Shown piece by piece: positions 47,448 to 57,486 of a DNA stretch of 64,000 nt. The stretch lies in the sequence record NC_048747.1. One strand, written 5' to 3'. The position numbers and the translations under genes were made by a program. A model generated the notes under the pieces. The model saw only the letters and a program-made list of their open reading frames with translations. It searched no databases and was not told the DNA's origin. How positions within the stretch are numbered: position 1 is the first letter of the stretch; each line of letters opens with the position of its first letter.

Positions 47448-50001
47448 TTATATTAACGCGGCTTTGCAGGAATACCTCATTAATACGTCGGATGAAGATG
47501 AGTTCCTTAGGAGTAACCGAAACCATCGTTTGTTGAACATAAGGGAATACGGCAAAGTACCGTCTATCGTAGTTGCGAGTAACGGGGTCGTGTTCTAACA
47601 ACCACTGGAACTCCGCTGTTTTACGCAATACATAGTCTTCCGAGTAAGATTCTCCCGGAGGTAGGTCATCCAGTTCGATTAAACCTAAAAGTATCTGGTT
47701 AACAATCGCATTCATAAAAGGACTGAATACTCGATACTTGTCCATCAAACTTGGAATTACTTCTGGCTCTGGTTTACGGGCAAACAACGTTAAGTAATCA
47801 CTCATACGTTTGTCTTGATCCCGGGCTTCTTCCCATCCCGCAGTCAGGTCATAAGGAACCCAATCACGAATTGGTAGATACCAGTGTTTCACACCATAAG
47901 GAAGACCATTGTACGGGTTTAATAACTCACTAGGAGCATGTAACTCCGCAGCAGGCACTTTCAGTGGATCCCAAACTCTACCACCTATAGTAGTGCGTGT
48001 TACACGGTCCTCTCGGATGTTGTAGCGGGTATTGTGACCAATCACCCCGCCCGTAACGTAGCCAAGCTCAGTTTGCTCTACAGGCTCTGTATCGCTAATA
48101 GGACTCCATTCGCTACAATAAAGTACGAAGTCGTTGCCGTCGGATTTCAGGTACTGGTGATTCACAATATAGATGTGAGGGAAACGGACCACGTAATCGA
48201 CGTTTTCAATTAACGAATGACGATTCATGATCACCATGATGTTAGCCGGAGCCACATCGGTGAGTAACCCGCCTTGCACCCATTCCTCGGTCACACTGAA
48301 AGACAACGAGTTATCGATATGGTCTAGAGTGAACTCTTTGTACAACGTTTGATCATTGTACAAGATCATCCCAATAAACATGGAACTAGGTAATCCCCAA
48401 TTCACCGCACCGGTTTCACGATCAAAGGTGTAGTGTTCACCTTCCACCGCGTAAAAACGTTCCCCAACCAAATTACCTTCAGTGGTTACCTTCTGGTAAT
48501 AAAAACGAGGGGTTGTGTTTTTATCCACCACCATGGTATCTCGACCGATATCCATGTGGATGCGTAAACCAGGTTTCCCAGGATAGAACTCAACCAAGTG
48601 TGCGTCAGGTGAAGGTAACACGTGTCGTATCTTAGAGAAGTCTCGCATTCTTAAGAACAACCCATCCACGTCATATTCAAATAACGTTAAGTGCTCTCGA
48701 CACGCTGGAGGAACGTCCAGTTCCATACCACTAGCCGGGTCGTAAGAAATAGGAGACCCACACAACACCTGAGTTGCTCGGTTATACCCAATCGCTTCGA
48801 CCGCTTGTTCGTGAGTCAACTCACCGTAAGGACGGTCTAAGTAAAGGTTAGTTTCAGCGTTCTCTAGGTTAGCTGCCTTCCACTCTTCCATCGTGGAATT
48901 AATCCCCACTAATGCCCCGACAATGTTTTGATCGTTCATGCGGTACAAATAACGAACCCCACTGGACTCGTACTGCATTTCTTGGGAATAGTCGTTTTTA
49001 CGATACACTAATCGCAAGTAACGTACTTCATCCTTTAACATGTCTTCCAAGTTACTCATGTCATCCACTAAAGTAGAATCCACAGCAAAGTCTCGGTGCG
49101 TTAACTGACGGAAGTTACTGGCTCGGTTTCTGTGTAAGTAAATCCCACGCCCTTTTCCTTCCACTAAGTAGAACGAAACGTCTGAGACGTAACGGTAAAG
49201 GAAATCCCCTTCTTCTTTCTTAGGGTGAACAATTAGTTTACGAGTTTCATCTCGGATGGAATAAAAGTTCTGTAGGGAGTCAATAGCGTAGGTTTCGGTT
49301 TTCCAGACACTAGGGTCGTTAGTGATCTCGATGGTTTCTGAACCGAGGAGTTGACTGTCACTAGGGAAACCGTTCCACAAATACCCGTTTAAATAAACAG
49401 AGGTCAATCCCGGCAGGTTTTTGTACTCGCTGTAAATGATCTTCATTCGATCTTTTTCTTCAGCACTGTTACCATTGTTAGAAGTAAAGCGAGGCCAATC
49501 TTTATTATCGGGATTGGTTACCGGGTCATACAAATCGGTTTGCACGGTATAGCAGTGCAGGTAGCGTGCTTGTTCCCAACCGTATTTGAAAGCCCTTAGT
49601 TTTTGGATAGCAAGAATGTGTTGTCCATCATAAGTAGACATCACCCAACATTTATCTCGAGGGTACAAACGACCGTCATCTCCATAGATGTCGATAATCA
49701 TCCCACGATCTTTACAGACCTTAGCTACGTTTATCCATTTGTTCACCGGGTCTACTCTGGTGAGTAAGTCTTTGAAGTTCCATGTCGAGCCGTCAAAGCC
49801 CGCCATGTTAAACATCAAAAAGTATTCTCGTTCGATCGGTGTCTTAATATAACGTCCCATAAACTGGAAGACGTTTATGTACCCAACGTCCGGGGAGACC
49901 TGCGTCAGCTGCAATTGAAACTGACGAGCCACCCCAGGGTTAGAGTACATCTCTTTAATGGCGTAACGCGCTAAGGGGCTGCTGTAGTTATTGGCTGTCA
50001 T
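47419..50001 (-). CDS. phiKZ gp27-like virion (tail/baseplate-associated) protein
   Basis: 860 aa, syntenic position; PxQxRQ-like N-terminus (NPGVARQF), GHNTRYNIREDR, YRVFSPFMNAI, FLQSRVNINGH C-terminus. Confidence 0.7.
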   Translation of the reverse strand: MTANNYSSPLARYAIKEMYSNPGVARQFQLQLTQVSPDVGYINVFQFMGRYIKTPIEREYFLMFNMAGFDGSTWNFKDLLTRVDPVNKWINVAKVCKDRGMIIDIYGDDGRLYPRDKCWVMSTYDGQHILAIQKLRAFKYGWEQARYLHCYTVQTDLYDPVTNPDNKDWPRFTSNNGNSAEEKDRMKIIYSEYKNLPGLTSVYLNGYLWNGFPSDSQLLGSETIEITNDPSVWKTETYAIDSLQNFYSIRDETRKLIVHPKKEEGDFLYRYVSDVSFYLVEGKGRGIYLHRNRASNFRQLTHRDFAVDSTLVDDMSNLEDMLKDEVRYLRLVYRKNDYSQEMQYESSGVRYLYRMNDQNIVGALVGINSTMEEWKAANLENAETNLYLDRPYGELTHEQAVEAIGYNRATQVLCGSPISYDPASGMELDVPPACREHLTLFEYDVDGLFLRMRDFSKIRHVLPSPDAHLVEFYPGKPGLRIHMDIGRDTMVVDKNTTPRFYYQKVTTEGNLVGERFYAVEGEHYTFDRETGAVNWGLPSSMFIGMILYNDQTLYKEFTLDHIDNSLSFSVTEEWVQGGLLTDVAPANIMVIMNRHSLIENVDYVVRFPHIYIVNHQYLKSDGNDFVLYCSEWSPISDTEPVEQTELGYVTGGVIGHNTRYNIREDRVTRTTIGGRVWDPLKVPAAELHAPSELLNPYNGLPYGVKHWYLPIRDWVPYDLTAGWEEARDQDKRMSDYLTLFARKPEPEVIPSLMDKYRVFSPFMNAIVNQILLGLIELDDLPPGESYSEDYVLRKTAEFQWLLEHDPVTRNYDRRYFAVFPYVQQTMVSVTPKELIFIRRINEVFLQSRVNINGHFEVKHV

Positions 50002-50025
50002 AAAGACCCCTTGGACGTGTGATAG

Positions 50026-50904
50026 TTAAAGAATGATAGGGTAAGAGTTAGTGATGGTCATCAATAACGAACGGTTACCTTTCTCATTGTACTTAGGATC
50101 CAGTTGCATTCCTAATGGTGTTTTGCCGTAAGCGTTTTTGTTAGCCACGGTTGCCGCACACATCCCGATTAATAGAGGGGGGTGTTCTAGACCCGCACCA
50201 ACAATCTGTTTACCTGTTGCCGAATACCAGATGCGTTGACCCAACGCAACCAAGTCTTTCAACTTAAGGTTCTTCAGTTTGAACATACCCGGGTAGTTAA
50301 CCAAAGTCTCATGCAGCTGAGGAAGTGTATTGATGTAACCAATTTGTTCTAGCACTTCAAGACTGCGGTTACGAGGGATACCCATCGCTTGTTGACACAT
50401 GTTTTGTGTAACAAAGATTAAGTCACCTTCATCTTTATTAATGAGACAGTTGTAGTAGTGCATTAGGATGACGTAAACGCTCAGTGCTTTCTCTTCTTCT
50501 AAACCTGCGGTACGAACGATCTGACTACCCCAAGCTCGGGAGACAGCTCGACCCACTACAGAAGAAGTAGAACGAATGGTACTCAGGTTACCTTCGATGA
50601 CGTCTTGTTGTACGAAAGCAGTAACCAACAAAGCAGTGCGCTCAGAGTTGTTGGTCACCAGACCGTTTTTGTTTGTGTAGGGGCGATCATCCATTACCGT
50701 AATTGGTTTACGGTTTAGACCCACCATAGAGAGAGGGAAGTTAAGGAAAGGGATACCTTGACCATTATTGTGGTTAATAGCGTGCACACCATCGCCCATG
50801 TCTACCAAGTCTTTCATTAACGCTAAACGTTTCAGCGTAGAAGGGACGTGGTCTAGGTGTGCTAATGGTTTACCCACGTATGTGTCGTAAGCATTAGAAA
50901 ACAT
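50026..50904 (-). CDS. phiKZ gp28-like virion protein
   Basis: 292 aa, divergent from the sheath gene as in phiKZ; GLEHPP motif. Confidence 0.65.
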   Translation of the reverse strand: MFSNAYDTYVGKPLAHLDHVPSTLKRLALMKDLVDMGDGVHAINHNNGQGIPFLNFPLSMVGLNRKPITVMDDRPYTNKNGLVTNNSERTALLVTAFVQQDVIEGNLSTIRSTSSVVGRAVSRAWGSQIVRTAGLEEEKALSVYVILMHYYNCLINKDEGDLIFVTQNMCQQAMGIPRNRSLEVLEQIGYINTLPQLHETLVNYPGMFKLKNLKLKDLVALGQRIWYSATGKQIVGAGLEHPPLLIGMCAATVANKNAYGKTPLGMQLDPKYNEKGNRSLLMTITNSYPIIL

Positions 50905-51049
50905 GATAAACTCCGTATTGAATCCTATGTAGAAACTTACTTTCTACGTTTCAGTTATAAGACAGTGTTTCCTGTCATACGATTGATGGGAAGTGAGTTT
51001 TTTGATCAAAAAACTTGTAGTTAACAAACAATAACCAACGGAGTTATTT

Positions 51050-53188
51050 ATGTCCTTTACAGCTATAGTTCCGGGACAAGTCCGTAACCAAGGTATCGGC
51101 GATGATTCACGTCCTATCGTGTCTCCTCAGCTCGCTTCCTACCCTTGTAACTTCCCAGTTATTAGTGCGGTTACTCCTAAAGGACCTCTCGGACAAAAGT
51201 ACATCAACATGGGTGACTTGGGCGATCTCTACGGAGATATCCAAGATACTGATGGTCCGTACTACAACCCAATCGCAGCACTGATCCAAACTCTAGCTAG
51301 TGGTGGTCAGGCTTCACTAGGTATTCGTCGTCTAACAGCAAACAACCAAATTGCTCGCGTAGCAGTGGGTGTTAAAGTTACTGCTGGTGACATTCAACAA
51401 TACCAACGTGATGCAGCTCAACAATTCGTCCTTGACGACAACGGAGCTCGTATTCCGGTAGAGTCGGGTGACGTAACTTTACCAGGTCGTAAAATCACTC
51501 CAATGCTACTTGATATCACTGATACTGAGTACAAAGGTCTGAAACCGATCACTGGTGAAGGTGCAGAAGGTGAACCTGGTTTCACTATCTACCCACTTTA
51601 CGAACTGCCAGCAGGCATCGGTGATATCTACAACCGCATGGGTCACTATGCAGGTATCTCTGGTTCAGCGGACTTCTCTCGTATTGCTGAGTTTGTATCT
51701 CAGTTCGGTGTCTTCCCGTTCAACATGAAGTTGTACGAGAAATCAATCTACGGCACACCTGTGATTGCTAAGACATTGATCAACACAGAAGAAGTACAGT
51801 TCACTCTGTTTGATACTCGTGCTAACAACGTTCGCTACGGTGTTAAAGAAGCGATCGGTGCTTACACAGGTGCAACGGCTAACCGTCCAATGACTCCACG
51901 CGCTGCTCCGTTCTACGAAGCTCACGTTTACCATGAGTCTATCGAAGCGCTTTGTAAAGACCTATTCAGCGTTGAAGAAGTGGCTAAACCTGATAACTTG
52001 GTTTACTTGGAAGGTGTTAAGCCTTACAAACAAATCAACCCGCTAACAGCTGTTAACCACGAAGGTATCCCTTACTACGCAATCGAAGTAGATGCGCCTA
52101 CTCGTTTGTTCAACATGGGTGCTCAGCTAGACGCTACAGGTGGTATCTCTCCATTCCTTACTAAAGATCGCACAGTCCCAGAAGGTGTAACACTTTCTCG
52201 TTCTTACAACTTCGATCCAGAACAAGGTCCGGTAGAAGAACTGAACCGTAAGGATGCGTGGCAGGTAACTCAAGCGTTGTATCTTGAAGATATCATGAAG
52301 TACCGCAAGTCTCTAGAGCTCTTGGACTGGACGCGTAACCGTCAATCTATCATCTTTGAAGTTGGCTTCAACTCAGAGATTGTTGACGAACTAATCCAAC
52401 TCCTTGCGTCTCGTAAAGACCACGTTGCGATCTTTGCTTCAGCGGAATGGCTTAAAGAAGCAACCATTGAAGAACACTACTCTCGTCAAACGTACATCAC
52501 TAACCGTCTTCGTCTGATCCCTGAATCAGAGAAATACGGCACTCCTGCATGTCGTGCGATGATTGCAATGTGGGAAATGGCTAAGATCAACGAAGAGTCT
52601 GGTGAGCGTTTCTCTCACGTGTTGGATCTTGCTTACGCCATGGCATTGTTCGGTGGTAACTCTCAAGGTCAGTTGCTAAAAGCGAATTCTCCAGATCACG
52701 CTAACAACCGTCTACTACGTACAATGTACGACCCAACAGTAGACCTGGAAGCGGATCCTAACGCAGCAAACAACTTCGACAGTGGTGCGTGTACCTTACG
52801 TCCGTACAACCAAGAACAACTTTACCGTCCTGCACTTCCAACTATTTACCCTCACCATGATTCAGTTCTTAAGGACTGGACTACAGTGTTCACTGCGGTA
52901 AACGTTGAGAAGATCATCGCAGATACGTGGACGTTGGTTTCTGGTGACACCACCATCACGGCAGAAGAATACGCGGCGATCGTTAAAGATCGTGCTGAAA
53001 CTAAATGTCGTGAAAACCTAGGAACAATGTTCGAAGATCTAGTGGTTGAACCTACGTACAACGAAGGTGCTGCGGATTCTCGTTCTGTTCTTTACGTAAC
53101 AGGTTATGTTGCTTTCCGTAAAGGTAAGTACATGATGGATATGTCTCTCGTTGCTCGCAACGAGCAAGACTTGGCAGCTGAGGGGTAA
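51050..53188 (+). CDS. Contractile tail sheath protein (phiKZ gp29-like)
   Basis: VPGQVRNQGIGDDS N-terminus, KGPL, PESEKYGTPACRAMI, LYRPALPTIYPHHDSVL; ~710 aa; highly biased codons. Confidence 0.88.
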   Translation: MSFTAIVPGQVRNQGIGDDSRPIVSPQLASYPCNFPVISAVTPKGPLGQKYINMGDLGDLYGDIQDTDGPYYNPIAALIQTLASGGQASLGIRRLTANNQIARVAVGVKVTAGDIQQYQRDAAQQFVLDDNGARIPVESGDVTLPGRKITPMLLDITDTEYKGLKPITGEGAEGEPGFTIYPLYELPAGIGDIYNRMGHYAGISGSADFSRIAEFVSQFGVFPFNMKLYEKSIYGTPVIAKTLINTEEVQFTLFDTRANNVRYGVKEAIGAYTGATANRPMTPRAAPFYEAHVYHESIEALCKDLFSVEEVAKPDNLVYLEGVKPYKQINPLTAVNHEGIPYYAIEVDAPTRLFNMGAQLDATGGISPFLTKDRTVPEGVTLSRSYNFDPEQGPVEELNRKDAWQVTQALYLEDIMKYRKSLELLDWTRNRQSIIFEVGFNSEIVDELIQLLASRKDHVAIFASAEWLKEATIEEHYSRQTYITNRLRLIPESEKYGTPACRAMIAMWEMAKINEESGERFSHVLDLAYAMALFGGNSQGQLLKANSPDHANNRLLRTMYDPTVDLEADPNAANNFDSGACTLRPYNQEQLYRPALPTIYPHHDSVLKDWTTVFTAVNVEKIIADTWTLVSGDTTITAEEYAAIVKDRAETKCRENLGTMFEDLVVEPTYNEGAADSRSVLYVTGYVAFRKGKYMMDMSLVARNEQDLAAEG

Positions 53189-53193
53189 TCTAG

Positions 53194-54093
53194 ATGGCAG
53201 CTTCTAACCAGCCGCATCGCGGCAATAAGACTATTCTGTCTAACTCGTCTGCCTTCTTTGCCAACACCGACAAAGGCGATCGCGCTACGTTGGACGGCAC
53301 TCAAGGTGGTCAATACGGTTTTGCACCGGATTCCTACGCTTACGTTAGTGAACATCCACATATTGACCAACAAGGTTGGTGTTTCGTGATGTCCACTCCT
53401 GCGCTATTCAGTCGTCTACCTGCGGGTAACTATCTGCATGCGTTGGCTAAAGCGTGGTTTGAAACACGCGCCCGTACATGGCAAGGTCCAACAGACCGTA
53501 CTGAACTAGAGTTCGGTGACGTTCGTTGGTCTGGTCGTACGTTGAGCGTACCTACTGGTGGTACTCGTACCCTAGGCCCTATCTCATTCCAAGGTAACGA
53601 CGTCGTAGGTGAGGTCTTCACTAACCTACACTCTATCTGGGTGAAGTGGTGTGGTCACGATACTGACATCGGTGCTCCGCGTGCTGTTGTTCTGAGTGAG
53701 CCGGGTGACCTGCTTATCGATGAACGTTCTGCGACACTACTGATGTTCAACACCACAGAAAACATGCGTGACATCGCTCACGCAGCAATGACTCTAGCAG
53801 TCATGCCTCGTTCTACTGTAGAAGTGGGCATTCGTCGTAACAAAGACGAAGCTGGTCAAATCCGTGAGATCAACATGGAATACACAGGTTTGACAGAGTT
53901 CGATACTTTGGCGGTACGTGAAGTTGCCCGTACTTTCTTGAAGAAACTGCCGTTGTATAACAACATCGGTTCCAGCATTCCGTCTGGCTTTAAAGATCGT
54001 ACAGCTGTGCTTGAGTCTCTTCGTGATACTGGTATCATGGAACAGATGAAAGACCGCGCTTCTAAAGTGAAGAACAAAAACGTGATGGTTTAA
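53194..54093 (+). CDS. Tail tube protein (phiKZ gp30-like)
   Basis: Directly follows sheath; GQYGFAPD, STPALF, REINMEYTGL motifs; ~300 aa. Confidence 0.85.
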   Translation: MAASNQPHRGNKTILSNSSAFFANTDKGDRATLDGTQGGQYGFAPDSYAYVSEHPHIDQQGWCFVMSTPALFSRLPAGNYLHALAKAWFETRARTWQGPTDRTELEFGDVRWSGRTLSVPTGGTRTLGPISFQGNDVVGEVFTNLHSIWVKWCGHDTDIGAPRAVVLSEPGDLLIDERSATLLMFNTTENMRDIAHAAMTLAVMPRSTVEVGIRRNKDEAGQIREINMEYTGLTEFDTLAVREVARTFLKKLPLYNNIGSSIPSGFKDRTAVLESLRDTGIMEQMKDRASKVKNKNVMV

Positions 54094-54127
54094 TAACCTA
54101 AACGAAAAAAAAATAAACTGAAAGGTT

Positions 54128-54156
54128 CCTCCTACTACCCAATGGGTAGTAGGAGG
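54128..54156. terminator. Bidirectional terminator
   Basis: cctcctactaccc-aat-gggtagtaggagg 13-bp stem between convergent genes, A/T runs on both sides. Confidence 0.88.
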
Positions 54157-54171
54157 TTTTCTGCATTCTGT

Positions 54172-54573
54172 TTATTTTAAGCGAGTCAGTGCTCGTTGTT
54201 CTTCAGTGATGTTCGTATAGAAATCGTCCAATGTTTTCACCTGACCGACCTGCTCACCTTTTAGGAATCGAGCTAAATGACGAGCATGTGAATAAATGGT
54301 AACTTCTTTACTAAGCTTAGAAGAAAGCTCTTTAGCAATCTCCAGAGCTTGCAAGGAATCAACCACATGAACAATCACACTTGAATAAATAGTCAAGTTA
54401 ATTTCAATATGGAGTTCTGTGTTGAACTCAGTTGGACGTTCTTCTGTAAGTTGAATAACATCGTTTTTGATCTTCTTTTCTACATCCCATTTACTGATAT
54501 AGATAGTGTGTTCACCAACGCTTGCTTTCACAAGGTCCATGTAGTTGATCCCATTGTAGATGAAGTTTTCCAT
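54172..54573 (-). CDS. Hypothetical protein (133 aa)
   Basis: AAGGA RBS, followed by terminator. Confidence 0.75.
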   Translation of the reverse strand: MENFIYNGINYMDLVKASVGEHTIYISKWDVEKKIKNDVIQLTEERPTEFNTELHIEINLTIYSSVIVHVVDSLQALEIAKELSSKLSKEVTIYSHARHLARFLKGEQVGQVKTLDDFYTNITEEQRALTRLK

Positions 54574-54593
54574 GACAGGTTCCTTTTAAAGAT

Positions 54594-54857
54594 TTATGAG
54601 AATAGGTTTCCAATGATAGTAGTAAGTGCAACACTACCTACGGTTTCCCAGATAGCGTTTTCACGAGCACTTAGACGACGGGTGTCTCTTTCTGAAGTGT
54701 TCATGACTGCCATTGTTGTGCCGGCTGCGGTACAAGCAAGTTTACCTACTGGAAGTTCCTCATTCATCGCAATTGAAACACCACCAATGGCTAGACCAGT
54801 GACAGCTTTAATTACACGAAGTTCATTTACGGTAGCTTTTTCTTTTAGAAAGTCCAT
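54594..54857 (-). CDS. Small hydrophobic, possibly membrane protein (87 aa)
   Basis: G/A-rich hydrophobic segments; AAGGA RBS. Confidence 0.7.
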   Translation of the reverse strand: MDFLKEKATVNELRVIKAVTGLAIGGVSIAMNEELPVGKLACTAAGTTMAVMNTSERDTRRLSARENAIWETVGSVALTTIIGNLFS

Positions 54858-54936
54858 GGTGATATTCCTTATTAAAGGTTAATGAAAGATAGTTTACTTA
54901 ACACCTAGGTTATATAGACTTGAGATCAACTGTATG

Positions 54937-55236
54937 TCAAATACCGATATAGAGACAAGTCCGTTCTCCGGTTGGGTACTCACCATACATAACACTCAAG
55001 TGACGCTCCTCCCCAATGATGAGATGTTCTTCTTCCCCAATCCGACATTGGAATAAATCCACTTCCGTTCGAATGAAGTAATCGTACTCAGAACCATCAA
55101 CTTTAAACACATCGGTAACATAACCTTCCACAATGAATATCTGGTAATTGACCGCACACCAAATTATGAACAACGACAGTGCAGTGATCAGGGAAGCAGA
55201 AACAGCTCGACACACCCAACTAGTACTGGTTTTCAT
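54937..55236 (-). CDS. N-terminally membrane-anchored protein (99 aa)
   Basis: TM-like segment AVSASLITALSLFIIWCAV then beta-rich domain. Confidence 0.7.
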   Translation of the reverse strand: MKTSTSWVCRAVSASLITALSLFIIWCAVNYQIFIVEGYVTDVFKVDGSEYDYFIRTEVDLFQCRIGEEEHLIIGEERHLSVMYGEYPTGERTCLYIGI

Positions 55237-55607
55237 TACACGTCCTCAGCAGGTTTCAAATTAATACAACTGTATTCACCGTTATCCATCATCTCATAAG
55301 TCATGCTGACGTAATTAGTTCCACCTAACAGCCCGTACTCTTTTTCTCTTAAGACACATGAGACGATCTTTCTGTCCATTAGGACTTCTATCTCGTAACG
55401 TACAAAGGAACGGCTTTCTGGCTCGATAAGTTTGGAATCTCCGACGGTTGGGAAGTTGATAGTATCGATCTGATGCACTTCCTCACGGATATTGACAATC
55501 TCACCTTCTGATTCATAAGTGCTAGGGATTAGACTCATAATTGCATGATAACCAATCGCTAACAATACCGCTATAACAAGAATCTTCAAGTTTTCCTTTT
55601 TAAACAT
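55236..55607 (-). CDS. N-terminally membrane-anchored protein (123 aa)
   Basis: ILVIAVLLAIGYHAIM TM-like segment; resembles 54937-55236 (EGxV/IxxV/I...C). Confidence 0.72.
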   Translation of the reverse strand: MFKKENLKILVIAVLLAIGYHAIMSLIPSTYESEGEIVNIREEVHQIDTINFPTVGDSKLIEPESRSFVRYEIEVLMDRKIVSCVLREKEYGLLGGTNYVSMTYEMMDNGEYSCINLKPAEDV

Positions 55608-55608
55608 C

Positions 55609-55815
55609 TTAGTTGTTCCTTCTAACGTAATAATAAAAGTGGTGGATGTTGTTCAGACTATTCGTTCCAACCGCATTAATCTTTAGAGGTGGTCTTCGAA
55701 CTTCAGTAGGTAGGAAGTCATAATCAAAACATTGTTCCCAATCACACTGTATTGCAAGTGCAGGTGGTGGTGATAAAGTAGCGGCCACCACAGCCGCTAT
55801 TGCTAGTTTATTCAT
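55609..55815 (-). CDS. Small exported protein (68 aa)
   Basis: Signal-peptide-like MNKLAIAAVVAATLSPPPALA; AAGGAG RBS. Confidence 0.65.
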   Translation of the reverse strand: MNKLAIAAVVAATLSPPPALAIQCDWEQCFDYDFLPTEVRRPPLKINAVGTNSLNNIHHFYYYVRRNN

Positions 55816-55836
55816 AGAGTCTCCTTACATACGATG

Positions 55837-57099
55837 TTATTCCTCGCTGTCGTCCGGAGCTCTGTTTAACCACGCTTCTCGGTCGTTAGTGTAGTTCACG
55901 TTACCCTCGTTATCTTCGACAGCAAAGAGCACACGCTTAGGGTCATCTTCCAGCTTATCCGGTGAACCCAATGTAAGCACTCTTTTAGGATCAAAGACTT
56001 CCCCGTCCTTTATTCTTTTGCAAGCCTCGTCGATTACCTTCCAGTGATGACATGTCAAGTTCAAAAGACCTGGGGCTTCAGACCGTGCATTCATGTAATG
56101 TTGATAACAAGCATCATCGTACATTTTGACGTTAGCAGAACAACCACGAGGGAAACTAGACTGTTGGTGTTTCTCATTCAAGTGCTGTGCTGCGTCTTCC
56201 AGTATTTTATCCACTTCCTCCGAAACCTCTAGGGGTCCCACAGGAGACTTCACTTCCATAGAAGCACTTAACTCGAGACCAGTGCTGGCACATACACCCC
56301 AAAGGTTGTCCCGCTTAAACCCCACTTCACCACCTGTACAGATGTCACTTAATCGACCCATCGCTTGAACATTAGGGGAGTCAAAGACATCGTCACCAAA
56401 GCAGCTCACCATTACTTCTTCGTAAGGTGGGTAAGTGGTTTTAATCACTTTCTTCACCCAATCTTCATATTTGACGACATCCAGTTCTACCGCCCAATCT
56501 TCCGGATAGGGAGTGAACTCTGCCATCCAACCTATCATGTATGTCTTCCATTCCACGTTACGGAACTTCCATGCTCGAAGGCGGTAACGTTTAACTTTAT
56601 GACGGTACTTGCCTAGGGTATGGTGGTAGAACTTACGAGTCGCTTTCTTATCATAAGTGGAACGGTCTTCAAAAGCCTCTATCATCTCCCAGTAAAACTT
56701 AGGTTGACTGATTCCTAGACGTTCTGTAACGTACTCTACCCAAGCTATGATAGTTGGGTCAGGGTTCACCATCGCACACTCTCCGAATGCCCAGTCGTCT
56801 AAAGAACTGCGACAACGAGCTTCTTCCATCCGCCACACTTTAGACGGATGCATTGGATAACCGACAGGGAACAACGTATCGTAGTAGATGCCATCGTACT
56901 CAAAGAAACAATGATGTGGATGAGACTTCAAGTTCACCGTGATGTCATACTTCTCTTTTAAGATATGTTGTGCGAATGTTGCTACTGCGTAACATTGTCC
57001 GGTGTTCAGATACTTCACCGCCTTGTGATGTTGTAGATTAGCGACAATTGAAAATGAATCGACCAGTTGGTACATTAATTCTTTAATTTGTTTACTCAT
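55837..57099 (-). CDS. Putative Cys-His-Asp (transglutaminase/papain-like) enzyme with C-terminal extension
   Basis: NTGQCYAVA...HPHHCFFEYDGIYYDTL triad pattern. Confidence 0.6.
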   Translation of the reverse strand: MSKQIKELMYQLVDSFSIVANLQHHKAVKYLNTGQCYAVATFAQHILKEKYDITVNLKSHPHHCFFEYDGIYYDTLFPVGYPMHPSKVWRMEEARCRSSLDDWAFGECAMVNPDPTIIAWVEYVTERLGISQPKFYWEMIEAFEDRSTYDKKATRKFYHHTLGKYRHKVKRYRLRAWKFRNVEWKTYMIGWMAEFTPYPEDWAVELDVVKYEDWVKKVIKTTYPPYEEVMVSCFGDDVFDSPNVQAMGRLSDICTGGEVGFKRDNLWGVCASTGLELSASMEVKSPVGPLEVSEEVDKILEDAAQHLNEKHQQSSFPRGCSANVKMYDDACYQHYMNARSEAPGLLNLTCHHWKVIDEACKRIKDGEVFDPKRVLTLGSPDKLEDDPKRVLFAVEDNEGNVNYTNDREAWLNRAPDDSEE

Positions 57100-57484
57100 T
57101 TGTTTTCTCCAGTTCTAAAACTTTAGTTAAATATCCGCTAAGTTTCTTACCACTTGATTTGATCTCTTCAATAGACATCCAATCTTGGTAAGGGTGTTTG
57201 GTTGGTTCCATGTTTTGAGGTTCTTCGTTTAATACCACTTCGTATAGAGCTTGATCGACAACACCTAAACCTTCGTAGGTTTGTCGCCACTTAGCTAAAC
57301 GCGCACCTATCCAGAGTTTACTTACTCCCAGTTCCTCTTTTAATTCCCGGGCCAACCCAACTACGTCACGTTCGTTTTCATCCAGTTTACCACTAGGTAT
57401 GGTCAGTCCGCCAATCTTTTTATGACCTTGGATTAACAACTTACCTTCCGCATTTTTAATTAACGCACCTACTGTGAACAACAT
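57092..57484 (-). CDS. Nudix hydrolase
   Basis: Exact Nudix box G-KLDEN-E-RDVVGLA-RE-L-K-EE-L-G. Confidence 0.92.
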   Translation of the reverse strand: MLFTVGALIKNAEGKLLIQGHKKIGGLTIPSGKLDENERDVVGLARELKEELGVSKLWIGARLAKWRQTYEGLGVVDQALYEVVLNEEPQNMEPTKHPYQDWMSIEEIKSSGKKLSGYLTKVLELEKTNE

Positions 57485-57486
57485 TC

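Noticed and set aside
22748-53373. Many 60-130 aa antisense or alternate-frame ORFs inside large genes
   Set aside because: Shadow ORFs expected from biased codon usage; no RBS or motifs
54409-54882. 157-aa plus-strand ORF overlapping two minus-strand genes
   Set aside because: Fully antisense to ORFs with good RBSs; no recognisable domain
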